Shown here in pieces: positions 1 to 9,797 of a stretch of 64,000 bases of DNA. Every line of letters begins with the position of its first letter. The first letter of the stretch is position 1. The stretch comes from an uncultured Bifidobacteriaceae bacterium (GTDB lineage: Bacteria; Verrucomicrobiota; Verrucomicrobiia; Limisphaerales; UBA11358). The translations under genes and the position numbers were made by a program. The notes under the pieces were generated by a model. It was not told the DNA's origin. It did no database searches and was given only the letters and a program-made list of their open reading frames with translations. Location of the stretch: contig CAYVGC010000002.1 in the NCBI GenBank assembly GCA_964449815.1, forward strand, positions 7 through 64,006. The letters are read 5' to 3'.

Positions 1-803
1 TTCGGGTTGTGCAGGAAGGCGAGCAGCAGTTCCATCGGGCAGTTGCCCGCGCCACGGCCGAGGCCGGCCATCGTCGCATCGAGAAAATTTGCGCCTTCGA
101 TGATGCCGTCAATGGTGTTGGCGAACGCGAGCTGCATGTTGTTGTGCATGTGGACGCCCACTTCCTTGCCGGACGGCCTGCAGTAGCCGAGATATTTTTT
201 CACCAGCGCGTGAACCCGCTCGCTGTAGAACGCGCCGAAGCTGTCCACGACGTAAATCGCCTTCGCCTCGGACTTCACGAGCATTTCCAGGCCCTCGTTC
301 AATTCGCGGTCGGGAATCGTCGAGGCGGCCATGAGGTTCACCGTCGTTTCATAGCCCTTGTCGTGCGCGTCTTTGACCATGTCCAGCGCGGTGGGAATCT
401 GGTGGATGTAGGTGGCCACGCGGATCATGTCCAGCACGGAATCCTTCTTCGGCAAAATGTCTTCCTTGTAATCGCAGCGTTCGGCGTCGGCCATGACGCA
501 CAATTTCAAACTGTTTTTTTTATTGTCGCCGACGATGCGGCGCAGGGTTTCCTCGGTGCAGTATTTCCAGTCGCCATGTTCGCCGGCCTTGATGTTTTTG
601 CGCGACGCCTTGTAGCCGAGTTCCATGTAATCCACGCCGGCGGCGAGGCAGGTGTCATAAACCATCTTCACGATCTTGTCCTCGAAATGGTGGTTGTTCA
701 TCAGGCCGCCGTCGCGGATGGTGCAGTCCACGACCTTGATTTCGGGGCGGAAGGAGATCCAGCGGCTGGTGGCGTTGTCTTTGGCGGGTTTGGCGGCTTT
801 CAT
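1..803 (-). CDS. HMGL-like aldolase / pyruvate carboxyltransferase-domain protein, C-terminus beyond window edge
   Basis: Absent from the ORF track because there is no stop in the window. My reverse translation from ATG 803-801 reads MKAAKPAKDNATSRWISFRPEIKVVDCTIRDGGLMNNHHFED...GVHMHNNMQLAFANT...GLGRGAGNCPMELL. The DCTIRDGG and HxH metal motifs fit HMGL-like TIM-barrel aldolases. The 9..812 + ORF is its antisense shadow. Confidence 0.75.
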   Translation of the reverse strand, partial: MKAAKPAKDNATSRWISFRPEIKVVDCTIRDGGLMNNHHFEDKIVKMVYDTCLAAGVDYMELGYKASRKNIKAGEHGDWKYCTEETLRRIVGDNKKNSLKLCVMADAERCDYKEDILPKKDSVLDMIRVATYIHQIPTALDMVKDAHDKGYETTVNLMAASTIPDRELNEGLEMLVKSEAKAIYVVDSFGAFYSERVHALVKKYLGYCRPSGKEVGVHMHNNMQLAFANTIDGIIEGANFLDATMAGLGRGAGNCPMELLLAFLHNP

Positions 804-881
804 ATTTGTTGAAACTGTGTTGTTCACGGCTAACACTTATTATTCCTGAAAGCCTCCGGAAATGGACAGAACAAAATGGTG

Positions 882-1904
882 CTATTTCGGGACGAGCGCC
901 TGTGCCAGCGCGGCCAAAACCTGTTCCGGCGAAATCTCTCCGAGGCAATGGCGTGCAGCGGTGCAGACCGCCGAATTGCCGGCGCAGCCGCAAACGCCGC
1001 CGGCCAAAACCTGGTGGCGTCCGCCCACCGGCGCCCAGCGCGCGGGCGAAGTCGGTCCGAAAAGCGAAATGGTCGGCACGCCCAGTCCGGCGGCGAAATG
1101 CAGCGGCCCGGTGTCGCCGGAAATAAAAACTCCGGCCCGCGCCAGCACGGCGAGCAACAGCGGCAGCTCGGAAATCTGCGGCAAAATCACCGCCTCCGGC
1201 GCGAGTTCCGTTAAGCCGGCCATCAGCGCCGCCTCGCGTTCGCCGCGCGCGGTGGTGAAGACGACGCGCCGTCCGTCCGCCGTGGCCAGCCGGTGAAATT
1301 CCGCCCAGTGCGTGAGCGGCCATTCTTTTTTCTGCTGGCTCGACGCGACATGGCAGATAACGGCGCGTTCGTCCGGCAGGATTTTTCTGGCGGCGTCGGC
1401 AAGCGTGGCATCGGCGCGGATTTCCGGCTCCATTGAAGCTGGCAATGGAATCTGCCAGCCGGACAGAAGCCGGGCGAGCCGCGCAGACTCGTGCGGGAGA
1501 TTTTTTCCTGTCGCGACGCGCTGGTTGAAACAAAATTGCCGGCCCCAAAAACCGCCGCGCTCCGCCCAGCCGAGCCGTTTTTTTGCTCCAATTAAAAAAC
1601 TCAAAATCGCGCCGCGGTCGTTGCTGGCAAAATCCACCGAGCGGTCAAAATGCTCGCGGCGCAGCGCGCGGATGACCGGCCAGGTCTCGCGCAGGCTCGC
1701 GCTCCCGCGCCGGCGCGGCATGGCCCAGACCTGCGTCAGCCACGGCAGATGCTGGAACAGCGGCGCGATTTCCGCCGGGACAAGCAGATGGAGTTCGGCC
1801 TGTGGAAAATATCCGCGCAGCGCCCGGAGCGCGGGCGTCATCAGCACGGCGTCGCCGAAGTATTTGAACTGCAGCGCGAGAATTTTTTCAAGCCGGGCGC
1901 TCAC
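882..1904 (-). CDS. glycosyltransferase family 9 (LPS heptosyltransferase-like)
   Basis: 340-aa ORF. N-terminal ILALQFKYFGDAVLMTPALRAL and C-terminal GDTGPLHFAAGLGVPTISLFGPT are typical of the GT9 family. The GTG start overlaps the stop of the upstream ABC exporter gene. Confidence 0.8.
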   Translation of the reverse strand: MSARLEKILALQFKYFGDAVLMTPALRALRGYFPQAELHLLVPAEIAPLFQHLPWLTQVWAMPRRRGSASLRETWPVIRALRREHFDRSVDFASNDRGAILSFLIGAKKRLGWAERGGFWGRQFCFNQRVATGKNLPHESARLARLLSGWQIPLPASMEPEIRADATLADAARKILPDERAVICHVASSQQKKEWPLTHWAEFHRLATADGRRVVFTTARGEREAALMAGLTELAPEAVILPQISELPLLLAVLARAGVFISGDTGPLHFAAGLGVPTISLFGPTSPARWAPVGGRHQVLAGGVCGCAGNSAVCTAARHCLGEISPEQVLAALAQALVPK

Positions 1905-3706
1905 GACTCAAACTGCAGTTCGTAAAGCTTCTGGTAGATGCCGCCGCGCCGCACAAGTTCGTCGTGCGTGCCGGTCTCGACAATTTTCCCCTGGTCCAGA
2001 ACCACAATCACATCGGCGTGCAGAATCGTCGAAAGCCGGTGCGCAATGCAGATGGTCGTGCGGCCTTTCATCAGTTCGTCGAGCGCCGACTGCACGGCCC
2101 GTTCGGATTCCGTGTCGAGCGCGCTGGTGGCCTCATCCAAAACCAGGATCGGCGCGTTCTTCAAAACGGCGCGGGCGATGGCGAGGCGCTGGCGCTGGCC
2201 GCCGGAAAGCGAGACGCCTTTTTCGCCGATGACGGCATCAAAACCTTCCGGTTTTTGCGTGATGAATTCATAGGCGGAGGCGTGCCTGGCGGCGGCGATG
2301 ATTTCGTCGTTCGTCGCGCCGAGGCGGCCCAGTTCGATGTTCCGGCGGATGGTGTCGTTGAACAGGATGTTTTCCTGCGCGACGACGGCGATCTGGTTGC
2401 GCAGGTCGCGCGTGGAAACTTCACGCAAATCCACGCCGCCGATTTTGATCGCGCCGCGCACGGGGTCGTAGAAGCGGAGCAGCAGATTGGCCAATGTGGT
2501 CTTGCCGGAGCCGCTGGCGCCGACGAGCGCGACGAGCTGGCCGGCCTTGACGGTGAGATTGATGTTCCGCAGCACGGGTTTTTCGTCGTAGTTGAAATCG
2601 AGGTGATCAAAGACGATGTCGGCCTGGTCCGCGTGGAGCATTTTGGGCGCGGCCGGTTCGGGCACGGAATTTTTCGTGGCGAGCAGCTCGAAGACGCGTT
2701 CGCTGGCGGCGCGGGCCTGGGTGAGCTGGTTGTGCAGCCGCGTCAGGTTTTTCATCGGCGCATACATGTAGAAAATGCTGCCGGCAAGCTGGATGAAATC
2801 GCCCGGATTGGGATGCGCCTTCGCCAGGTAAATCATGTAAAGCAGCGCGAGCGCCACGCCGAAGGAGGCGAGAAAGTCAATGAGCGGGCTGGTGATTTCG
2901 CTGGCGCGGACGATGCGCATGTAATTGCCGATGGATTTGCGCGCCGTCTGGCGGAACTCGTCGGTGACGACGTCTTCGAGATTATAGGCCTTGATGACCC
3001 GCTGGCCGGAGAAGGTTTCGCTCATCACCTGCATGAGATCGGCGCTCTGGCTCTGCATTTCACGGCTGGCGCGGCGGATTTTGCGGCTGTAAATGGCCAG
3101 CGGAACCATGCAGAGCGGCAGCACCACCAGCGAAATAAGCGTCATCATCGGCTGCCGCCAGAGCAGATAGCCGAGAATGCCGAGGAGGACCACCGGGTCG
3201 CGAACGATGACCGAGGTGGCGTTGCTGATGACGTTTTGCAGCGTGCCGGTGTCGTTCATGATGCGCGAGATGAGCTCGCCGCTGCGGCTTTGGCTGAAAA
3301 AACCGGCGGACAGGCCCAGGAGGTGGCTGAACAATTTCGTCCGCAGATCGGTGATGGCGCGGATGGCCACCCATTGCAGGCAATAGGTGTTCAGGTAGCC
3401 GACGATTTTGGACAGCAGCATGACCAGCGGAATGGTTGCCACCAGCAGCACCACGGCCCAGAAATGCTCGTGCAAACCGCTGCCCATGCCGGCATGGGCG
3501 CGATCCAGCCACGGTTGAACCAGATCCGGCACGCCGCTGATGGGCTTGCTGTTCGGCGACTGAAACACCACGTAAGAAACCACCGTGATGGCAACCATCA
3601 GCAGCGAGGCCGTGAGACCGGCCAAAATGCCGGTGAATACGCCGAGGAACAGCCGCACCCGGTAGGGCCGGGCGAATTGCCAGAGCCGGTTGAGAAAAGC
3701 AATCAT
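1901..3706 (-). CDS. msbA: ABC transporter permease/ATPase, MsbA-like lipid exporter
   Basis: Six-TM exporter domain followed by Walker A GASGSGKTT, signature LSGGQRQR and Walker B ILVLDEATSALD. I place the start at ATG 3706 (MIAFLNRLWQFARPY) rather than the ORF-track start at 3808. Confidence 0.8.
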   Translation of the reverse strand: MIAFLNRLWQFARPYRVRLFLGVFTGILAGLTASLLMVAITVVSYVVFQSPNSKPISGVPDLVQPWLDRAHAGMGSGLHEHFWAVVLLVATIPLVMLLSKIVGYLNTYCLQWVAIRAITDLRTKLFSHLLGLSAGFFSQSRSGELISRIMNDTGTLQNVISNATSVIVRDPVVLLGILGYLLWRQPMMTLISLVVLPLCMVPLAIYSRKIRRASREMQSQSADLMQVMSETFSGQRVIKAYNLEDVVTDEFRQTARKSIGNYMRIVRASEITSPLIDFLASFGVALALLYMIYLAKAHPNPGDFIQLAGSIFYMYAPMKNLTRLHNQLTQARAASERVFELLATKNSVPEPAAPKMLHADQADIVFDHLDFNYDEKPVLRNINLTVKAGQLVALVGASGSGKTTLANLLLRFYDPVRGAIKIGGVDLREVSTRDLRNQIAVVAQENILFNDTIRRNIELGRLGATNDEIIAAARHASAYEFITQKPEGFDAVIGEKGVSLSGGQRQRLAIARAVLKNAPILVLDEATSALDTESERAVQSALDELMKGRTTICIAHRLSTILHADVIVVLDQGKIVETGTHDELVRRGGIYQKLYELQFES

Positions 3707-4163
3707 GCTTCCCCCATTTTGACGAAGCGGACGCAAAGCGAAAGTTTTTGTTTTGGCCGGACACGAGCCGTCCCGCCAAGGTTCCGGCAATGTCGAAAGG
3801 CCGGACATCCTGAAGATCGTTCAAAACGGCAGGACGGGGTGAAACCGGCAATGACCGTTTCGGAGAAATTCCAGGCTGCGCCGGAAGTCTGGCGGGCTGG
3901 CGCGGAAAATGAACCGGCGGGCGGCAAAATGCATGAGGCTGGCTGTGAAACATCCCCGGAGCGGAGCGGCGGACCCCGGAGCCTGACGGCCGCCACCCGG
4001 GCCGGCCCGCTCCGCCCCCGGGCGGGGAGCAAAATGTCCGGGGCCGCTGCTGTCCGACTCCGGGCGGGGAGCGTCCCCACCCCGGCGGGTTCGCCGCCAG
4101 CCCGAGGCTTTTCCCGCCGACCCCGGTTGTTTTCACTCCGCTCCGGGGATATTTCCGAAAATC

Positions 4164-4181
4164 CCCCGGAAATTTCCGGGG
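4164..4181. promoter_or_regulatory. 18-bp perfect palindrome CCCCGGAAATTTCCGGGG, candidate operator
   Basis: Read directly from the sequence. Further TTCCG/CCGGAA half-sites lie at 4142-4160. The site is about 230 nt upstream of the 4408 gene in a ~600-bp noncoding stretch. Confidence 0.3.
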
Positions 4182-4407
4182 ATGCTTGGAAAATTTTTGT
4201 CATTTCTTTTACATATCTTGCCCATGCCCAGGCTACTAATGACTGATTTTCAATCACTTGTGAGTTTTCAAGATGCCAGTCCTGAAAAATAATAATTTCC
4301 TGCGGCGGGCCGCTGGTAGTAAAACGCCTTATCCCCGCCCGAAATGGAGGGCGGCGGACCAATCAAAAATCGGAAACATCAGAAAGAGAAAGTGAGCAAA
4401 GCAAAGT

Positions 4408-5019
4408 ATGGCAGACTATGTTCCAACCACGGACGGCGGACTGAAAAAATGGCTCGTCAACCTCAAAACCGACCTCCCCGACCTGGTCACTCAACTGGAA
4501 ATCACCCCCGCGCGGCTGACCAACATCACCGGCTGGTGTGACGCGCTCATCGCGGCCATGGACGCGGCGGAAAAGGCGAAAACCGACTGGCTGGCCGCCT
4601 CGCAAACCAAGCAAACCCAGATGACCACCAGCCTCGCCGGCCTGCGCGGCGAAGTGGCCAAATGGAAGGTGGCCGACGGCATGACCGACGCCATCGCCGC
4701 CGAGTTGCAGATTGTCGGCGGCGGCACGCCGTTCAATCCCGAAACCTACCAGGCGCAGATCACCGCGCAGGCCTTCAGCGGCTATGTGCGCTTCAAGTTC
4801 AGGAAGCTCGGCGCGGACGGCATCAACCTCTACACGCGCATCAAGGGCACGACCGGCTGGAAATTCGTCTCGCGCGACACCAACTCGCCCTACGACGACC
4901 ACACGCCGCTGGCCGTGGCCGGGCAGTCCGAGGTGCGGGAATACCAGGCGTTCGGCGTGCTGAACGATGAACAGATCGGCCTGGGCAGCGACATTGTCAG
5001 CGTGACCTTTGCCGGTTGA
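4408..5019 (+). CDS. hypothetical protein: helical N-terminal half, beta-rich FN3/Ig-like C-terminal half
   Basis: 203-aa ORF with ordinary codon usage, a purine-rich stretch (gagaaagtgagc) upstream of the ATG, and an intrinsic terminator downstream. I recognise no family. Confidence 0.6.
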   Translation: MADYVPTTDGGLKKWLVNLKTDLPDLVTQLEITPARLTNITGWCDALIAAMDAAEKAKTDWLAASQTKQTQMTTSLAGLRGEVAKWKVADGMTDAIAAELQIVGGGTPFNPETYQAQITAQAFSGYVRFKFRKLGADGINLYTRIKGTTGWKFVSRDTNSPYDDHTPLAVAGQSEVREYQAFGVLNDEQIGLGSDIVSVTFAG

Positions 5020-5042
5020 AAAAATCCGCAGACGTCAACAAC

Positions 5043-5077
5043 CCTCCGGCCTTCAAGCAGCCGGGGGGCTTTTTCTT
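5043..5077 (+). terminator. intrinsic terminator hairpin plus T-tract
   Basis: cctccggc-cttcaagca-gccgggggg followed by ctttttctt, 24 nt after the 4408..5019 stop. Confidence 0.6.
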
Positions 5078-5291
5078 GCGATAAATCGTTGGTGACGTCG
5101 AGAGGAGTCTCCGCCGGCAAATTTGAAAATTGGAATTTGCAACGAGTGTCACCCCAACTCCAGCAACATGAGTGGCAACATGCCGGGAAACAGCCGCGAG
5201 AGGCAGGGCCGGGCGAACTGCCAGAGTTGCCGCGGAAAGATGACGCTTGGCTTGTGTTCATCCTAGAGTAAAATGATGTTGGTTGCCGGCC

Positions 5292-6218
5292 ATGAGTCTT
5301 TCTGCCCAACAAAAAACTCCGCTCATCAGCGTAGTGATCCCATTGTATAATCACGCTGCTTATGTGGAGGAATGTCTTGATTCCATTCGTGATGAAGACT
5401 GGCCACGCTTGGAGTTGTTGGTTTTGAATGATGGTTCCAATGACGATTCCTTTGTCCGGCTGCAAGCCTGGGTGGCCCGGCATGGCGCACGTTTTGAAAA
5501 TGTATGGATTGCGAGCCAAACCAACCAGGGCATTTGCAAAACCTTAAACAGGTTGATTGCCGCAGCCAAAGGTGATTTTCTGGTCATCATTGCCAGTGAC
5601 GACACGCTGGTGCGCGGCGGAATTCGCGCGCGATTCGAGCACTTGCAGAGACATCCAGAGCAGCTTGCGGTTTTTGGCAAAGTTGAACTCATCGGCGATG
5701 TTGGAAAAACCATGGCGAAAATTAAGAAATCGCACATGAACGGTCTCCGGGCTTGGCGGCATCCGCATTTGCTGGAGAGGAATCTGCTCTTGAACTGGAG
5801 TTTGGCCGGGCCAATTCTCATGTGTCGCCGGCAGGCGTTTGATGAAAAGACCGGGGTTGGCCTTTACGATGGCAACCTGGCCTACGAAGATTTGGACATG
5901 TATTTGCGCTTTCTATCCCGGCACGTCCTGGGTTTTGTCGAGCAAACGGTTGGCAGTTACCGCATTCACGGAAAAAATTTTTGCCGGGACAAGAATCGTT
6001 GTCCGCCCAAGGATGAATCCTACCGCATCTTTGCCAGGCACAAGGATCATTTTCATGGCCTGAACCGCTGGCTGGTCACCCTGCTAATGTGGAAAAGTGA
6101 ACGGGGGCTTTATGAACGCCCGCACCTGCGCCATGTTTTCGCCCGCCAAACCATTTCGGTCTGGCGAAGAGTGCATCACCTGCACCTCGCCTTCCGAACC
6201 TTGTTCTGCGCGGATTGA
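5292..6218 (+). CDS. glycosyltransferase family 2
   Basis: LISVVIPLYNHAAYVEECLDSI...LVLNDGSNDDS and a later SDD motif fit GT2. ATG 5292 is chosen over TTG 5283. The gene is visibly more AT-rich than its neighbours. Confidence 0.8.
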   Translation: MSLSAQQKTPLISVVIPLYNHAAYVEECLDSIRDEDWPRLELLVLNDGSNDDSFVRLQAWVARHGARFENVWIASQTNQGICKTLNRLIAAAKGDFLVIIASDDTLVRGGIRARFEHLQRHPEQLAVFGKVELIGDVGKTMAKIKKSHMNGLRAWRHPHLLERNLLLNWSLAGPILMCRRQAFDEKTGVGLYDGNLAYEDLDMYLRFLSRHVLGFVEQTVGSYRIHGKNFCRDKNRCPPKDESYRIFARHKDHFHGLNRWLVTLLMWKSERGLYERPHLRHVFARQTISVWRRVHHLHLAFRTLFCAD

Positions 6219-6370
6219 AGTTCACCGTTCACGCCGTTAGCTTGGCCTTGCTGCCCCGGAACCGGCGGGTTAAACTCGCTGACGATGCCTGATTCAGCTC
6301 GAAATTCGCTGTGAATGTTTGGATTTATGAAGGCGACGGGGACCGAAGTGAAATTTAAACTTTGATTCAA

Positions 6371-7213
6371 ATGATTCTGCCAACTGACTCGGTCAAAGCC
6401 AAGGTCGCCATCGTGATCCCGGTCTTCAACCAGCTTCATTACACCCGCACCTGCTTGGACAGCCTGCACCGCGCCGGGGTGACGGATGCGCAAGTCATCA
6501 TCGTCAACAACGCCTCCACCGACGGCACCAAGGAGTTTCTGGCCACGCGCCCGGGAATCTGCGCCATTCACAATGAGGCCAATCGCGGCTGCGGCTTTGC
6601 GTGGAGTCAAGGCTCCCGAGCCTCTCAGGCCACTTGGACCATTGTCGCCAACAACGACATTCTTGTGCCGCCCGGCTGCCTTGAGGGGCTGGTGCATTTT
6701 GCCGAGGAGGAAAATATTGACGTGGCCAGTCCGGCGATGTGCGAGGGCGAGGCGGATTACGACTGGCCCGCCTACGCGGCGGAGTTCATGCGCGTCATGG
6801 CGCCGGCCAGCCGCCATGCCGTCGCTTCCGGCTCCTTTTTCATGGTGCACCGGAGGGTTTTTGACGCCGTCGGATTTTTTGATGATGACCCGAAACTTGG
6901 CGGTTACGAGGACGACGAGTTTTTCCGCCGCGCCCGCCGCGCCGGCTTCCGGCTGGCCATCACCGGTCAGGCTTATTACCATCATTTCGGCGGCACCACC
7001 CAGAAAAGCATCAAGGCCAGCTTAAACCAGCCGAACATGAGCCTTGGCGACCGGACTTATTATCGAAAAAAAACCGGGCAGACCTGGCCCAAGCGAAAAT
7101 GGAATCAAGTGAAACAGGCCGTTCGGGTGAACTGGTGGAAAAATTCAGAGCGGCTCCGCTACGGCCACACCCTCCATGAAAAACGCATTGCCGGAAAGTG
7201 GCTTTACTGCTGA
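6371..7213 (+). CDS. glycosyltransferase family 2
   Basis: KVAIVIPVFNQLHYTRTCLDSL...IIVNNASTDGT is a GT2 N-terminal signature. ATG 6371 is chosen over TTG 6362. Confidence 0.8.
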   Translation: MILPTDSVKAKVAIVIPVFNQLHYTRTCLDSLHRAGVTDAQVIIVNNASTDGTKEFLATRPGICAIHNEANRGCGFAWSQGSRASQATWTIVANNDILVPPGCLEGLVHFAEEENIDVASPAMCEGEADYDWPAYAAEFMRVMAPASRHAVASGSFFMVHRRVFDAVGFFDDDPKLGGYEDDEFFRRARRAGFRLAITGQAYYHHFGGTTQKSIKASLNQPNMSLGDRTYYRKKTGQTWPKRKWNQVKQAVRVNWWKNSERLRYGHTLHEKRIAGKWLYC

Positions 7214-7223
7214 CATTTTGCTG

Positions 7224-8021
7224 ATGAAAAACAGCAGCCCCCTGCCTATTTCCGTCTGCCTGGTCGCCGGCAACGAAGCCCATCGCATTGTGCGCACCTT
7301 GGAAAGCGTGCAGGGCTGGACGAGTGAAATCATTCTCGCCATTGATGACAAAGTCACCGATGGCACGGATAAAATTGCCGGCGCGTTTGGTGCAAAAGTT
7401 TTCAGCCAGCCGTGGTGCGGCCATGCGGCGCATCGCAATTTTGCATCAGCGCAAGCCACGCAGCCTTGGCTGCTGGCGATTGATGCCGACGAGGTGGTTT
7501 CCGAAAAATTGCGCGTTGAAATCAACGCCGCCTTTCAAAACGGCGTGGAGCAGTCCTTGCCGGCCGCCTTCAGTTTTCCGCGCCTGTCTTATTTCGGCGG
7601 ACGCTGGATCCGTCACGGCAACTGGTATCCCGACCGCAAGGTTCGCCTCTGGCGCAAGGAAGCTGGAAAATGGGAAGGCGATCCGCACGAAAAACTGGTT
7701 TTGCAGGGCAGCGTGATTCCGCTGCGCGCCGATTTGTTCCATTACAGCAACGAAAACATTGACCAGTTGCTCGGCAAGATCAGCGTGGTCAGCACCATTT
7801 TTGTCCGCCAGTGCCGGGCGCGGCAACGCCACACCGGCTGGACCGATCTGGCCGTCCGCCCGTTCTGGAAATTTTTCCGCGCCTACATTCTCCGGCGCGG
7901 ATTTCTGGACGGCTGGCCCGGCTATTTCATCGCGTGGATGGACGCCTTTTCCACCGTCACCCGCTACGCCAAGGTGATTGAAGCCGGACAGGAGACAACC
8001 AAACCTAAACCTGCTGTTTGA
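7224..8021 (+). CDS. glycosyltransferase family 2 (LPS-core WaaE/KdtX-like)
   Basis: PISVCLVAGNEAHRIVRTLESV...LAIDDKVTDGT...LAIDADE. The start could instead be ATG 7176, which would overlap the previous gene by 38 nt. Confidence 0.75.
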   Translation: MKNSSPLPISVCLVAGNEAHRIVRTLESVQGWTSEIILAIDDKVTDGTDKIAGAFGAKVFSQPWCGHAAHRNFASAQATQPWLLAIDADEVVSEKLRVEINAAFQNGVEQSLPAAFSFPRLSYFGGRWIRHGNWYPDRKVRLWRKEAGKWEGDPHEKLVLQGSVIPLRADLFHYSNENIDQLLGKISVVSTIFVRQCRARQRHTGWTDLAVRPFWKFFRAYILRRGFLDGWPGYFIAWMDAFSTVTRYAKVIEAGQETTKPKPAV

Positions 8022-8800
8022 AAATCTCGCTCGTCATCAGCACCTACAATCAGCCGGACGCACTGGCCAAGACGCTGCGCGGTTTCGCGCGCCAGTCGCG
8101 CTGGCCGGATGAAGTGCTGCTGTCCGACGACGGTTCGGGGGACGTGACGCGCGAAATCGTCAAACAATTTGCCGCCCATTCGCCCGTGTCCGTCCAGCAC
8201 ATCTGGCAGCCACACAACGGTTTCCGTAAAACGATCATCCTGAACCAAACAGTCGCCGCCGCATCCGGCGATTATCTGATTTTCACCGATGCGGATTGCG
8301 TGCCACATCCGCAATTTGTCGCCGACCACGCCACGCTCGCCGAAAAACACTTCTGGGTGCAGGGCCGGCGCTGCTTTGTGCGCGAAAAATTTGTCCCAGA
8401 TTTCACGGCTGAAAAAATTCCAGCCTGGAGCTGGATGCTGGCCGGCAAAATCACCGGCGCGGCCAAGGGCGTGCGCTGGCCGTTCGCCATCGTCCGCCGC
8501 GACACCAAACAGCGCGGCATCATCGGCTGCAACATGGCCTTCTGGCGCGAGGACATCCTGGCCGTCAATGGCTTCGACGAGGATTACACAGGGTGGGGCA
8601 CCGGCGAAGATTCCGACCTCGGGACGCGGCTTTATCATTTGGGCCGGCGGCGCAAATTCGTTTATGGCCGCGCCATCACTTTTCATCTAAACCATCCACC
8701 GGCACCACGCGACCACCATGCTGCCAGTCTCGCACGGCTGGCCGAAACCATCGCCAGCGGCAAAATCCGCTGCGAACACGGCCTCAACCGGCATTTATAA
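8018..8800 (+). CDS. glycosyltransferase family 2
   Basis: MKISLVISTYNQPDALAKTLRGF...LLSDDGSGD...FTDADC. The TTG start overlaps the preceding stop. Confidence 0.8.
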   Translation: MKISLVISTYNQPDALAKTLRGFARQSRWPDEVLLSDDGSGDVTREIVKQFAAHSPVSVQHIWQPHNGFRKTIILNQTVAAASGDYLIFTDADCVPHPQFVADHATLAEKHFWVQGRRCFVREKFVPDFTAEKIPAWSWMLAGKITGAAKGVRWPFAIVRRDTKQRGIIGCNMAFWREDILAVNGFDEDYTGWGTGEDSDLGTRLYHLGRRRKFVYGRAITFHLNHPPAPRDHHAASLARLAETIASGKIRCEHGLNRHL

Positions 8801-8804
8801 ACCG

Positions 8805-9797
8805 ATGGAAAACATTTTAGTCATCCGCCTGAAATCCATCGGCGACGTCGTTTTCACCCTGCCCGCCGTCGGTGCGCTGCGTGAAAATTTTCCCGCCGCC
8901 AAAATCACGTTTCTCACCTCGAAGGAAAACGTGCCGCTGCTGCAAGGTTTCCGCGAGGTGAACGAGGTCATTGCGCTGGACCGCGCCGTGTTCCGCGGCG
9001 GCAATCCGCTGAAAGTTATTCCGGAATTTTTCAGCCTGCTCCGCCGGCTGCGCGCCGGGAAATTTTCCCTCGTGGTGGATTTCCAGGGTTTCGGCGAGAC
9101 CGCGTGGCTGGCGCGTCTCACCGGCGCGACACAGCGTTGGGGCAGTGTTTACGGTCCCGGCCGCCGATGGGCCTATTCACGCGGTTTGACCCGGCAGGAA
9201 AAAATTCATCCCGCCGAGTGGAACTTGCAGTTGCTGGCGGAATGCGGCGTCGAAGCCAGTGCGGTAAAAAATGAATTTTTACTGCCCGCCGATGCCTTGG
9301 CCGCCGCACGGGATTTTTTCGCGGAAAATAAACTGGAGGTCAGCCGTCCGACGCTGATCATCCAGCCGTTCACCAGCACGGCGCAAAAAAACTGGCCGCA
9401 GGAAAATTTTCTGGCCGTGGCCCGGCACTGGCGGGAACGCGGCGTGCAGGTGGTTTTCGTCGGCGGACCGGTGGATTGCCAACCATTGGATCCGGCCAAA
9501 GCCAAAAAGTTTCTCGTGGCAACCGGCCTGCCGCTGCTTGTTTCGGCCGGACTTGTTCAACTGGCCACGCTCACGCTCGGCGGCGACAGCGGCCTCGGAC
9601 ACCTCGCCGTGGCGCAGGGCAGACGCGTCGTGATGCTGATGATGCACAAAAATCCAGGCGCCTGCGTGCCGTTTCAACATCCCGGATGGGCGGTCGTGCC
9701 GAAAAATGAAGGCCGGATCAGCGAGATTACCGTGGAAACTGTGCTCGCCGAGACCGGCAAAATTTTTAATCCACCGGCTGGTAATGTTTCTTGTTGA
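8805..9797 (+). CDS. glycosyltransferase family 9 (heptosyltransferase-like)
   Basis: MENILVIRLKSIGDVVFTLPAV...GGDSGLGHLAVAQGRRVVML. ATG 8805 is chosen instead of the ORF-track start at 8718. Confidence 0.8.
   Translation: MENILVIRLKSIGDVVFTLPAVGALRENFPAAKITFLTSKENVPLLQGFREVNEVIALDRAVFRGGNPLKVIPEFFSLLRRLRAGKFSLVVDFQGFGETAWLARLTGATQRWGSVYGPGRRWAYSRGLTRQEKIHPAEWNLQLLAECGVEASAVKNEFLLPADALAAARDFFAENKLEVSRPTLIIQPFTSTAQKNWPQENFLAVARHWRERGVQVVFVGGPVDCQPLDPAKAKKFLVATGLPLLVSAGLVQLATLTLGGDSGLGHLAVAQGRRVVMLMMHKNPGACVPFQHPGWAVVPKNEGRISEITVETVLAETGKIFNPPAGNVSC

Noticed and set aside
1964-4246. 760-aa ORF on the + strand
   Set aside because: It is antisense to the MsbA-like gene and then runs through noncoding repeats. 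The composition is low-complexity and there are no motifs.
3703-4362. 219-aa minus-strand ORF in the msbA upstream region
   Set aside because: It runs through GC-rich repeats and the palindrome. The composition is Pro/Arg/Gly-rich and there are no motifs.
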